In this document: positions 50,454 to 63,360 of the stretch, piece by piece
Numbering within the stretch: the stretch's first letter is position 1
Layout: each line of letters starts with the position of its first letter
Assembly (NCBI RefSeq): GCF_963921235.1
Contig: NC_086109.1
Span: 3,474,001 to 3,538,000 of the forward strand
Reading direction: 5' to 3'
Length of the DNA stretch: 64,000 nucleotides
Origin: Mobula hypostoma
Taxonomy: Eukaryota
The notes under the pieces: generated by a model
The model's input: the letters and a program-made list of their open reading frames with translations, nothing else
What the model was told of the DNA's origin: nothing
Database searches by the model: none
Made by a program: the position numbers and the translations under genes

Positions 50454-52399
50454 AGTTAAACACATTCTGCAGGGGTAAAAGCCAGAGAAATTAGTACAGT
50501 GAATCTCGGTTGCTGAGTGTTGGATAAAGAGAAGGGAAGGAAGGGTGTGATACGTAATGGTGAACTAATGATGGGGGAAGTCAGTGAAGAGAGTAGGAAG
50601 TGTGGGGAGCTGCTGAAAAAAATTATGAAGAGCTCGCTGGCATTTGGGATCGAGGTAAACTGAAAAGTGTCCCATAAGAATGATAAAGGCGTATGTATAT
50701 CCAGGAAAGGATAAAGTACTCACAGACATGGGGAAGTCTGTGCTTACAGCCAGCATTTGTGGGGGAGGCCCCTAAATGGATTTTCATCGGTATTGCCAAA
50801 GAAAACTGATTTGTAGTTGGCAAATTTGGGGAAGAGGTAAAGTTGGTGAATTGGTTTATCATTGTTGCCTGTAGCAAGGTGCAGTGAAAAACTTATCCTG
50901 CAAACCATCCGTACAAATCACTTTATTGCTCAGTTCATTGAGGTAGTACAAGGTAAGACAGTAACAGAGTGCAGAATAAAGTGTTGCAGTTACAGAGAAA
51001 GTGCAGAGCAGCTAGGCAACAAGGTGAAAGTTGTTAGATTGAGAGCAGAGAATATCTAGGGTGGGTGGAGGCTTTGATTACATTGGCTGCCTTACCAAAG
51101 CAGTGAGAAGTGTAGACAGAGTCCTTTGAGGAAAGGCTGGTTTCCATGATGTGCTGAGCTGTGTCCACAAGTCTCAAAGTAAATTTATTATCAAAGTACG
51201 TATTTGTTACACTTGGTTCCTTGAGATTCATGTTTTTCCATGCAGTTACTTACAGTCCTGGGCGAAACAGTCACAATACCAAGCCATGCATGATACAGTA
51301 TATCTGGATAAGATGTTTTCTATGGAGCATCAATGAAAACTGGTGATGGTTGATGAGAATTGCAAAATTTCTTTAAACTCCTGAGGAAGTAGAAGCACTG
51401 ATGAGCTCTTGTGGCTGTGACTTCAACATGGTTGGACCAGGACAGGTGATTGTTCACTTGAAGATCTCAGCTCCCTCAGTCTCAGCACCATTGAAGTGTG
51501 CACTGTGCTGTACCCCTTCCTGAAGCCAGTGATGATACAGGGAGTCGAGCTGGGGGCCAGGGGTGCAGCTTTGTTGAGCATACGTTGTCATAGATTCCCA
51601 GAATCATAATTGTGTAGGAGCTGCTGCCGCCTCTCTTTACTCTTATCGGCAGGTAAGTTTTCATTGCACCTGTGCGTACAGGTACTTGTGTGTATGACAA
51701 TAAACACGCTTCATGCCGTCTGTTGGTCAGGAGGTCAAAGGTCCAGTTGCAAAGGGAGGTGTTGAGTCCAAGGCTAGGATTTTGGAGATGTGTTTACTTG
51801 GAATTATAACACTGGGGGCGGTGCTGCAGTCAATAAATTTGATGCCTTAGTGGACTTAAAGGTGGAAAATCCCCAGGATCAGACAAGATTTATTCCAGCC
51901 TGCTGTAGGAGACATGGGAAGAGATTGTTGAGGCTTTGACTGAGATTTTGTAATCTTCACTAAGCACAGATGAGGCTCGACGTGACTGGAGGACAGCAAA
52001 AACTCATCCACTTTTCAGAAAAGGGAGCTGGAAAAGAACATGGTGACTCTCGACCTGTGAGCCTAACGTCAGAAGTAGGGAAGAGCAGGACAAAATTCTG
52101 AGGGGGGGGAGAGGAAGTATGAAGAAGGTTTAGGATGCTGAAAGTGAGGGAGCCTTTGAGGGAAAAAATGGGTTAGAAGGGAGCTAAGGTTAGCTGTGAA
52201 ATGTCCGAGGAAAGAGAAAAATCCTATGCCATTTAGATATACTATATCAAATCCAAGAGGGTAACTATGGAGAGGATAGGACCACTCAAGGACAAGATGA
52301 GAATTCATGCTTGAAGCCAGAGGAAGTGGATGAGGCACTAAATTAGTGTTCATCAAGGAGGATAGTGAGACCATTTCTCTGATTGATCATCGCACTGTA

Positions 52400-52795
52400 A
52401 CCAGTCACCACAATCTCCCGTTCCTCCCAACCCATTCCACCCTCCCCCTCCCCTGACCCATACCCCACCTTCCCCACTATTCCCATCTGCCCTCCCCTCC
52501 TCTCGTATTTGGTTCCATGCTCCACGTTCCTCTCCTATCAGATCCCACCATCTACAGCCCTCTGTCACTATCTCTGCTCGCTTCTCCTCCATTTGCCTGT
52601 CAAGCCTCCTCGCTCTGATCCATCTGTCACTGGCCAGTTCACGCCACACTCCATTCCTTCAACTTCCTATACTATCCATCGCTCCTCTACCTTTCAGTCC
52701 AGGTGAAGGGTCTTGACCCACAATGTCGACTGTCCACTTCCCTCTACAAATGCTGCCCGGCCCTCCAAGTTCCTCCAGCACTGTATGTGTTGCTC
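52400..52795 (+). mobile_element. Old Penelope-like tail
   Basis: Polypyrimidine tail, degenerate hammerhead at 52695-52732, and the gttcctccagca motif. Confidence 0.6.
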
Positions 52796-54540
52796 GTTTA
52801 GCCGGAGGGTGGATTGTCCTCAGCAGAACTGAGAAATGATGTTCCAGATTCTGCACCTGTGCTCTCTGTCCCTGTTTTGTTTTAAACTTTATTTGTTTAG
52901 AGATTCAGCACAGTAACAGGCCCTACTGGCCCAATGAGCCTGCACTGCCCAATTACAGCCGACTAGCCTACGAAACCGTGTGTCTTTGTAGAACGTGAGA
53001 GGAAACCAGAACATTCAGAGGAAGCCCTTGCGGGGGCCAGGGTCAGAGAGAACATACAAACTCCTGACAGACAGAGGCGGGAATCGAACCTGGGTTGCTG
53101 GCACCGTAATGGTACTGCGCTAGCCGCTAAGCCATGTGCCACCCAATGGGGATCAAGCAGCCTGTGTTAAATTTCAAGATATAAGTCACAGTCTTAGAGC
53201 CTGAAGAAATTGCTATCTTCAACGTCACTGGAAGCTTTGTGGTCGGAAGGATGGGCTGGGGGAGCTGGGGAATCAGATGCTTGAAACCTAAACTGTGCGC
53301 TGCAGCGGGGAAGAACAGAGAATAATGATACCCTGAGGGAGAGAGCAAGGCAGGGAATTATCCAGCTAATATCATCCATCATCATCATCACTTCAGGTGA
53401 GTGCACTCTGCGTCAGTGAGGTTGCAGGGGACATTTACGGGTAACGTGCAACTCAGCCCTGAGGTACACAGCTGTGAGGCATAATTAAGCCACATTGAAA
53501 AGTACACTGACGGCAGACCTGGGCGACAATGCTGATAATTTTGGATCTAACGCTCATAATTCCTTGGGAAGTCACTAATTACTGTTGATATCTGCAGGTT
53601 TTGTAATGGTTAATGTTAAATTTTATTACCTCAGGTGCACACCTGTTCCCTCAGGAGAGAGATTACTGTTTTCCACTTGTGATCTTCAGTGAATGGAAAT
53701 CTTTTGTGTTTTAACCAGTAATTAAATATTCCTTCTTGACTTCTTTGATGGGAACTTTCAGCAAACGATGAATGCAGTCTTCCTCTCATTTGATGCAGTG
53801 TAGCTCTCTGGGAGTAATGTAAACAAAACTACATTCTCGTCAAAAAGCTTTTATCTTCTAAATGGTCCTCATGGGATGCTCTTTAATTTATAAGCCCAAG
53901 TGCCACCCTCTGCTTGTTAAAGATTTGTAGCCATTACTATTTTGCCCTCTGTACATCTCCCACAGCACAGACCAGTGTGAAACTTTCCACACACCATGCT
54001 GTGCAAAGTTCAAAGCTGTCTCGACGAAAGCGATGATCTGTGGGCATCATATTGTAGTCCAATCCAAATGAATGCCTGAGCGTTCACAAGGGGAGGCATG
54101 GGGACATACTCCTGGTTATACAGAAACCATCGTGCTCCAGATTAACAATTACTGCTCTGCTCAATTCATCTGGGTAAGACTATACTTTAATGCACTGAGG
54201 AGTGTCTACAACCATTAATCTCCTGTACCAAAGTGATACCCTTCAACCTTCTGGCTCACACGGTGTCCTACACCCATCAGGCTTCTGAACAGGTGTGGCA
54301 CCCGACATGGTACCCTACACCTTGTCAGGCTTCCTGAATGGATGTGGATAACTTTTCTCACCAGAACTTTGAACTGATTCCACAACCTGCAGACTTGCTG
54401 CCAAGGACCCTCCAGCTCATGTTCTCAGTATTACTTGTTTCTATTTGCACAGTTTGTCGCCTCTTGCTCCTTGGTTGTTTGTCAGTCTTTGTTGATGCAT
54501 AGCATAGCTTTCATATATTCTACTGCACTTCTTTATTTCT

Positions 54541-54820
54541 GATAAGACTGCTGAACGGATCCTGACCCGGATCTGGACCGTACCCTCCAAATATCCCAAC
54601 CTGCCTCTCGGTTTTTTTTGCACTACCTTACTTCCCATTTTTCTATTTTCTATTTATGATTTATAATTTAAATTTTTAATACTTACTAATTTTAACTATT
54701 TTTAATATCTTTAATATTTAATATTTGTAATCCAATGAGTGTGAAGCGCAGAACCAAATATCGTTGTGATGATTGTACGTTCTAGTACCAGTTGTTTGGC
54801 GACAGTGAAGTATAAAGTAT
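54541..54820 (+). mobile_element. Young Rex/Babar 3' end nested in an older Rex tail
   Basis: Near-identical to 1816-2087. Confidence 0.75.
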
Positions 54821-57094
54821 TTTCCTGTCAATGCCTGCAAGAAAATGAATGTCAAGGTCATATATGGCAACATACATGTACATACTTTGGTTACCTTCAT
54901 CATACAGCTGGGAAACAGTATGTCTGATCGGACACCGGGCCAGCCTTGTATATTCTAGATGCTGCCTTGGAATGAACACTCCACGTATTTATTTGTCAAT
55001 TATCTCCGTATCAACCTCGGGGCAATTCCGAGGCAGCTGAAGGTAGCTGAGCACTATTCTGGGGAACTGCCGCAGTCGGCTTTTCACGCTGGAGTGATTA
55101 CCCTTAAACCATCAGAGGATACAAGAGGCACAGAACGTGAGAGCCGGAACATTAGAGTCAGAGAGTCAGAGAAAATTACAGCACAGGAACGGGCCCTTTG
55201 GCCCATCTAGTCCATGCTGCCTACTCCCGTCAACCTGCACTGGGTCCATAGCCCTCCATACCCCTACCATCAATGTACCTATCCAAAACATTGAAATCAA
55301 GCTCGCATGCACCACTTTCGCTGGCAACTAGTTCCACACTCTCATGACCCACTGAGTGAAGGAGTTTCCCTTAACGTTCCCCTTAAATGGTTTACCTTTC
55401 ACCCTTAACCCATGACCTCTAGTTGTAGTCTCACCCAACCTCAGTGGAAAAAGCCTGCCTGCATTTATCCTATCTGTTGTTGCAAGTTTACAAAATGCTG
55501 GTTAGTGCGGAGTTGCTGTATTGAGAGTGCAGTTCTGGTTTAATTTATTTTTTTATTTTACGTCAAGATTCAGCTCTAAGTAGGCCCTCCCAGCCCTCGA
55601 GCTGAGCCGCCAGCAACCCACAGATTAATCCTAGCTTAACCATGGGACAATTGACAATGACCAATTAACCTTCTAACCGGTATGTCTTTGGACAGTGGGA
55701 GGAAACTGGAGCACCCGGAGGAAATCCACCCATTCCGTGGGGAGTATGTACAAACAATTTACAGAGGATGCTGGGATTGAACTCCCGACTCTGACAGCCT
55801 AAGCTGTAATAGTGTCGCACTGCCCGCTACGCCCTCTTGCACCACAGTCTAGCTGGGATATAATTTTGCACGGGAGCGGGTAAAGAGGAGATTCACCGGA
55901 ATGTTGTCTGGTTTGGAGAGTGTTAGTTATGAGGAGAGATTGCATAAACTGGGCTTATTTTTCCCTGGAGCAAAGGAGGATGTGGGATGACCTGATAGAA
56001 GTGCTTTTTTAAATATGAGAGGCATAGTAAGGGTAGATGGTACAGGTTCGGGATATCAAAACAAGGAAGGCTTGGTTTCAAAGTGAAGGCAGAAGTTTTA
56101 AAGGGGAAAGCTTCACACATAGGGTTGATATCTGGAACTCCCTGACTGTGGAGCAGGTGGAACTAGATACAATCACTGTGTTTAAGAGACATTTAGACAG
56201 GTTAAATAGACATAACAAACCTAACACAGGAATGGTGACGATTGGGAAAAGGTCAGGATGGCCATGGTCTGCGTCTGTGATATGTATCTCTGACTCTGTC
56301 ATTAAAGGAACCTCCCCTGTGTTTTTTGGTATGACACTTGATTCCATTCTTTGGAAACTTTTCCCTTTGACTTCCATTAACTTCAGCTTTAGCAGGGCTC
56401 CTCAATGGTACACCCAGTCAAATGGTGCGTCCGTGTTGAGGGCAGTCTCTCTCACCTCTAGAGTTTAGCCCCTGACACTGTGTCCAGACCAGGACCATGA
56501 TAGATCTGGACATAGTGGTCTGATGAGGTGGTAGCAGGCAGGATTAGACTGGTCTTACCTATCGTGAATCGGACCTACCTTGTGGCTGGATAGGTCTGGA
56601 ATAGTGTGGCTGAAGCCCAGGATCTCAATACTCTGTCAAAATCTTGTCTGGTCCTGAATCCAATATTGCCAATGCAGCCTCAGTATCAGGTAGAGTGAAT
56701 TGAATTGTCTAGGAGGAATTTCTTTAGTCAAATGGTAGTAAATCTGTGGAATTCATTGCCATAGATGGTCGTGGAGGCCAAGTAATTTGGTATATTTAAA
56801 GCAAAGGTTGATAGGTTCTTGATTAGTAAGGGTGTCATACATTACAGAAGGCAAGAAAAAGGGGTTGAGAGGGATAATAAGTCAGCCATGGTAGAATGGT
56901 GGAGCACTCAGTGGGCCAAAAGGCCTAATTCTGTTCCTGTGTTTTATGGTCTTATGGTCTACAGGCTGGTTTCTTGCGATGGTGTGTATGTCAGAAGGAA
57001 GTGCATGTAATTTCCAGCTAAAGCCACCTTGACAGATGACATGGTCATAAACCTCAACATAAATTCAGGCAACATCCACTCTGAAACTCTCAAA

Positions 57095-57690
57095 GGTCAA
57101 AGTTCGAAGTAAATTTATTATTAAAGTACATGTATGTCACCATATACAATTCTGAGATTCACTTTCTTGCATACTCAGTAAATCCAAGAAACACAATATA
57201 ATCAATGAAAGATCACACCCAACAGGACAGGCAGACAACTAATGTGCAAATACAAAAGGAAAAAAATATCGAGAACATGAGATGAAGAGTCTTTGAAAGT
57301 GAGTCTTTAAGTTGTGGGAACAGTTCAGTGATGGGGACAAGAACAGTTATTCCCACTGGTTAGGAGGGCTTTACCTGCGATGGACTGGGCTGTATTCACT
57401 AATTTTTGTAGGATTTTCCACTTAAGGACATTGGCATTTCCATACCAGGCCATCATGTAACCAGTAAATCTACTCTCCACCACACATCTATAGAACTTAA
57501 TCAAAGTTTTAGATGTCATACCAAATATTTACAAACTTCTAAGGAAGGCGCTACATGCTTACTTCATAATTGAACTTATGTTTGGAGACCGGGACAGATC
57601 ATCTGAAATGATAACACCCAAGGTCTGAGAGTTGATGACCCTCTCCACCTCTGATGCCCCAGTGAAAATTGGCTCATGGACCTCCAGTTT
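57095..57690 (-). mobile_element. Rex/Babar 3' fragment
   Basis: KTLIKFYRCVVES...MAWYGN...LQKLVNTAQSI on the minus strand. Confidence 0.7.
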
Positions 57691-59883
57691 CCTCCTCTGA
57701 AGTCCTCCTCCTCAGCATGTTCCCCTGGCATCATCATTATGTGCCTTGTTGTAAGACTTGAGCAATCATAGTCTTCCATCTGTCTATGATCTGAGGATTT
57801 CTAATAAGCTCATCAAAGCTTTTGACTGTCCATCCCTTGATGTAGCTCCTGAATGTCCCCTTGCACCAGTTAGGGTGAATAGCACTTGGGCTGAGGCTGT
57901 GTACTCATGTCGGTAAGAATCGGCAGTAACCTCAAAAAAGTGGATTGAACGTACTGCAAGACCTCTGCTGCCCTTGGAATGAAGGATTGAACAGTAACTT
58001 GGACTGATCTGAAGAATCTCATCCCATTTGGATGGAGAACCTAGCTTGGGAAGACATGCGATTTACACAGTGGCTCTCTCTAATGGGGTCCGTGACCTGG
58101 CTTCAGTCACCTTCAGATACACCCACCACCTCATACTTGCTAACCTCCTCTGTCAGTTCCTTCCTTTACCTTCTGTTCCTTTCCTGATTCTATCCATGAC
58201 AAACTTTATGCAGGATGTGTTTTATCACTCAATGTCAATTGCACCTCTCGCACAGATCAATGAAAATGTATTTCCATCGTTAGCTGGCTGGACTCCTTAA
58301 TTGACCATTACTCAAACCTTCCGAAGCAGAGCAAAGAGCCGAAATTGTATTTTAATGATTCATTTGTTTTATTTACGGATGGCACCAAATAAACACAGTG
58401 AGTTAAGCAGGTAAGATTTATAAAGTGGATGCACACATTTCCCATTTATATACTGACAGTATGTAATGCATTCCAAAGCTGTTACTGTTGGGGCTAGTAA
58501 GTTGTAGGCATTCTGTATTGATGCCCAAAGGATGCCGACGCTTGTTGGCGGACCTTCGCTGAAATGATTTGTCACAAACGACACATTTTGCTGTACATGT
58601 GACAAATAAATCCAATCCATCTTCAAATTTTTCAAGCTTTTGATTGTACGTTACTCAGATTCCTGCCACTGTCTGTCTCCCTCTGGGTTTCCTCCGGGTG
58701 CTTTTGTTTCCTCCCACAGTCCAAAGACAAACTTAATTGGTTAATTGGTCATTGTAAATTGTCCTGTGATTAGGCTAGGGTTAAATCAGGGATCACTGGG
58801 CAGTGTGGTTTGAAGGGCCAGAAGCCCTGTTCTGTGCTGCATCACAGTAAAATAAAATTTTAAAAATTAAATAACTTTACCCACAGACCTAATTCTGGGA
58901 AATCCTGAAAACTCACCAATAAAATTGTTTTACACAAAAACTTAAAACTGATCATAGATTGTTTCTGTTCAAATTGCGGAAATATCCTAATAAAATTTTA
59001 CCAACTGTGACAATGAGAAGGTTTGCCGAGGGGGACATTGATGAGTGGTGAATTGTTAAAATTTAACAAGTACACAATAACCATCCCTTGTTGCCAAGGA
59101 ACAGATTGAGGCATTTTTAATGCAAGTGGTACTTACTTTATGGAATGTCCACCAACCAGTTACCGGCCAGGTGATCTCACTGGTAACAGCAGCTTCACTC
59201 AACCGAGGAGCCGTCCAGTTTAAGGGCTTTGATCAGAGATAGGTTAAGGGAAAGAAGGAAAAAGACAAACTTTCCTTTGTTTGTTGTTGCTTGTCTTAGG
59301 AGCAGGATAGCGGTGGTGAAAATTGTGCCCTGGAGGGGAAAAGGCTTTAAAGTGGTCCCTGGTGTGCCAGTGATAAATGTCCTTTTGGCTCTCGCACACT
59401 CACACTGAGTCATTAATGTACAGATCACAGCCATGCATTGTGTCAGCATTGACAGGGAGCTCGTCTGTTCTTGCCATTACGGTTGCTATTCCTGATTTTT
59501 GTTTGTGTGGAGTCAGATGTCGCGGGGGGCAAAGGTGAAGTTTGATTTCGTACAGCGCAGCGAGAAGAGATCTTCGGGCTCTCGGATGTAGTGAACCATG
59601 GCAGTGTCGGCAGTCTGGGGCGGGAAGTGGGTGTTAGCCGTGGCACCAGGCACTCCATCTTCTCTGCAGTTGCTCGAATGAAACTGATTGTATTCTAATT
59701 CCTTGTCTTTGTGCTTAGGAATTGAGCTTCAGGACTCTCTGATACGTTGGCGCAAAATATGCTCGAAATCTTGAGGCAAACTCGCAAAGTGCGAGAGGAA
59801 CTTGGCAAGCCAGCCCAAGTCTAAGGAGGGGAAGGGAATAAACAGTCAATGCATGATGGGTTTCGGCTTGAAACTTCCAGTTT

Positions 59884-60683
59884 AAGATGGTGCTGGTGAA
59901 GTGCAGCGGCAACTTACTGGTAGCAAACAATACCAACAAAGCCATAGATAATTGTACTAAATATATTTTTTCCCAGATACGATAACTGCAATCAATAGCT
60001 TGTAACTTCCTTTTCGGAGTTGAGCTTTTGAACGGCCTGGGCAACCTGGCATCTTTGCAGTGTGAGCCGAAGTCTGGAAGGTGCAGGCCGGTTGGAGCTT
60101 GGCAGGTACAGGCCGAATTGAGGCAGTGGGGCCCGGGGCCGAATCGAGGCAGTGGGGCCCGGGGCCGAATCGAGGCAGTGGGGCCCGGGGCCAAGAGCGG
60201 GGAATGAGCCAGTATAGGGACGTTGCTGGAGCGGACTTGGAGGCGGTTTGATAGGACAGAACTGAGGCACAGTCGAGGAGGCGGGGCCTAGGCCCGGGTT
60301 CGAGAACGAGGAATGACCTGAAGATTGCCAATTTAAGCACCGGACCGCGTTGAAAAGGTCTGGGTGTGGGGGCCGGAGGTGAGGAACCTCTGCGAGGTTT
60401 ACTCGTTTCTGTGCTGAACCTAGGCTGTGGCCTGCAACTAACAGGCTCCTGGATTGGCTGCAGCGATGACTGGCTTCATGGCTGTGGACTCACTTTCAAG
60501 AACTTTAGTTCTGAATGTTGTTGCTTACTTTTACTGTTTGCTTACTACGATTTGTCTTTTCTGCATATTGGGTGTTTGATGCTTTTTTAATGGGTTCTGA
60601 GTTTTGTGGCCATCTGTAAGGAGATGAGTCTGAAGGTTGCATATAGCATACATACCTGGATAATAAATGCACTTTGAACTTTA
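59884..60683 (+). mobile_element. Non-autonomous retroelement with a Rex-type tail and an internal 27-bp triple repeat (60111-60192)
   Basis: Starts aagatggtgc; GC-rich middle with ggccgaatcgaggcagtggggcccggg x3; ends ataataaatgcactttgaacttt like the Rex tails. Confidence 0.55.
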
Positions 60684-61920
60684 AAAGAAGACTTTTTATT
60701 CCTCTGACCTGCTGAGTTCCTCCAGCATTTTGTGTTGTTAGTCTGGAATATTGATTTTCTTTTAACTGTTTTTTTTAATAGCTGTTGCAACTTGTAACAA
60801 ATTTGTGCCCCACTTAAACACCCCAAATGTTGCAACACATTATCTGAGAAGAATCACAGCATTGACTGTTTATAATCCTTAAATATATTTTATACTTTTG
60901 CCCAGAAACAATTAGCAGAACCTCTGCAAAGCTCTGCTGGCTGTGTAGTTGCCGTTTCAGAGCATTGCAGGTGCTGTCAAATTGCCACAGTTTTCATTGC
61001 AAACAGGTTCCTGTGGCAGTTTACATCATTTCAGGAGGTGCCCACGACCTTACACCTCTGAACTCTCTGAGTACGTGATGAGTTTCCATCAGTAACACCC
61101 GGTGCTGACTGGTGACGGAACAGGTCTCCGTCTGTCTCAATGTTGCAATCGGAGATTTATTGGGGTGCTCCTGTTCTTTCACATTTGTAACCAACGTATA
61201 TTGCAAACCAGTGGTTCTCTCACTTCTTCTGCAGGTCACCCCTGGGTGAGGTGTAGCACCTGCTAAGCCACACCACCACCCCCACCCCACCCCCAGCAGA
61301 CTCACGTGAAGCCCTGGGAGCAGGTGGTAGATGGTCTGAGCAGCTCTGACCACCCTTCATAGTCTCTGTTGTTGCTAAAGTTTGTTTGGTCAACTGTACT
61401 AATTATTCTAATAAGAACATTGGATTTAGGAGCAGAATTCAGCCATTCAGACCGACGAGTCTGCTCCACCATTTCATCATGGCTGATCCATTTGCCTTCT
61501 CAGTCCCAGTCTCCTGCCTTCTCTCTGTATCCCTTCATGCCCTGACTAATCCAGAATCTATCAACCTCTGCCTTAAATATACATAAAGACCTAACCTCCA
61601 CAGCTGCCTGTGGCAATGAATTCCACAGATTCACCACTCTCTGGCTAAAGAAATTCCTTCTCATCAACCTTTCTAAAGGGAGCCCCTCTATTCTGAGGCT
61701 GTGTCTTCTGGTCTGGACTCTCCCACCATAGGAAGCATCCTTTGCACATCCACTCTATCAAGGCCTTTCACCATTCGATAGGTTTCAACGAGGTCACCTT
61801 TCATTCCTCTGAATTCTAGTGACTACAGGCCCAGAGCCATCAAATGCTCTTCATATGACAAACCTTTCAGTCCTATCAATCCTAATATACATGTTTTAAT
61901 AGGTTACAGGTATTACTTTA

Positions 61921-62296
61921 GGTGTCAGGTGGAGATAGGTCTCTACCGAAGGAGGTGTAAGGTGCTCCTTCCCTCCGCTAGGCTGCAGGTCACCCTTGGG
62001 CAAGGTGTAGCACCGGCTTAGCCCCCCCACCCCCGGCCCTCGTTCAGGGTCACGTGAAGCCATGGGAGCAGATGGTGGATGGTCGTATGAGCAGCTGGTG
62101 CAGATCACATTCCTCGTTATGCGACCACTGACGCCAGGCAGACAATCTCTGAAGAGTATTGATAATGTCTGGGGTCACCCGTCTAGTAAAGACACTGCCC
62201 AGAAGGCAGCAATGACAAAACTTGCCAAGAGCAGTCATGGTCATGGAAAGACTATGAGTGTCCACGTCGTACGACACAGCACGTAGTGATGATGTT
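61921..62296 (+). mobile_element. RTE-type SINE-like element, copy 5 (a partial copy 4 lies at ~61228-61355)
   Basis: Colinear with 139-486. Confidence 0.65.
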
Positions 62297-62519
62297 GAGA
62301 TATTATTATCTGTTAAATATACTGTTACAGGACTATATGAAAACTAAAACTATTTCAAACTATTTCAAAGCTCTGAATAGGATAATTTATTTATAATGTG
62401 TATTATTCTTCCAACCAGCAATGAAAAAGCATTTAATATTGTTGCTATAAGTATTCAGTGAGATCCTTGTGACTGATGCAATGTGGCTTGGTGCCCCCCC
62501 CCCACTCCACGCGTGTGCG

Positions 62520-62522
<3 letters not shown>

Positions 62523-62586
<64 letters not shown>
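62523..62586. repeat. (AC)n microsatellite, about 32 units
   Basis: Directly visible. Confidence 0.95.
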
Positions 62587-62588
<2 letters not shown>

Positions 62589-63164
62589 CGACCAAGATAC
62601 CCACCTTTGCCGACCCTTTTTGGGCCATATCCCTAACCTTTGCTATCCATGTCTTTACTGTAATGCTGTCTGCCTTTACCACTTTCTCTGGCAGCTCGTT
62701 TCATATCTAGTATCTTACTTACGTATATAAGTTTAAATCTCACCCATCACTAGGGACCCCCATCACCTAAGACAAATCCTCTTCTCATTGCTACCATCAG
62801 GAAGGAGGTACAAGAGCCTGAAGACACACACTCAATGATCCAGGAACAGTTTCTTCCCCTCTGCCATTAGATTTCTGAATGGACATTGAACCCATGAACA
62901 CTACCTCACTACTTTTTAAAAAAAAAATTTGCATTATTTATTTAATTGAACTAATAGACTCTAATTCACAATTTTTTTCCTCTCTATTACTATGTATTGG
63001 ATTGTACTGCTGCTGCAAAGACAACAAATTTCACAACATATGCTGTGATATTAAACCTGATGGTGATTCTGAGACATATAAATTTTAACATCCATCTGGA
63101 ATAAGTCAGTGATGGTGATTGAAATTGCCTGTTGTGGTAAACTGGTGCTGCTTGAGAAGGAAGG

Positions 63165-63360
63165 AAAGGTGCCCCATCTTCCCCCCTCACCTGGTCTCGC
63201 CTATCACCTGCCAGCTTGTACTCCTTCCCCTCCCCACACCTTCATTCCAGCTTCTGCCCTCTACCTTTCCAGTCCTGATGTGAGGCCTCGGCCCGAAACG
63301 CCAACTCTTTGCTCCCCTCAGTAGATGCTGCCTGACCTGCTGGGTTCCTCCAGCATTTTC
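63165..63360 (+). mobile_element. Penelope-like tail with a mutated hammerhead (63271-63306)
   Basis: AGTC-CTGATGT-GAGGCCTCGGCCC-GAAACGCC-AACT followed by agatgctgcctgacctgctgggttcctccagc. Confidence 0.65.

Noticed and set aside
60111..60192. 27-bp direct repeats as a CRISPR-like array
   Set aside because: The repeats are contiguous with no unique spacers, there are no cas genes, and the context is eukaryotic.
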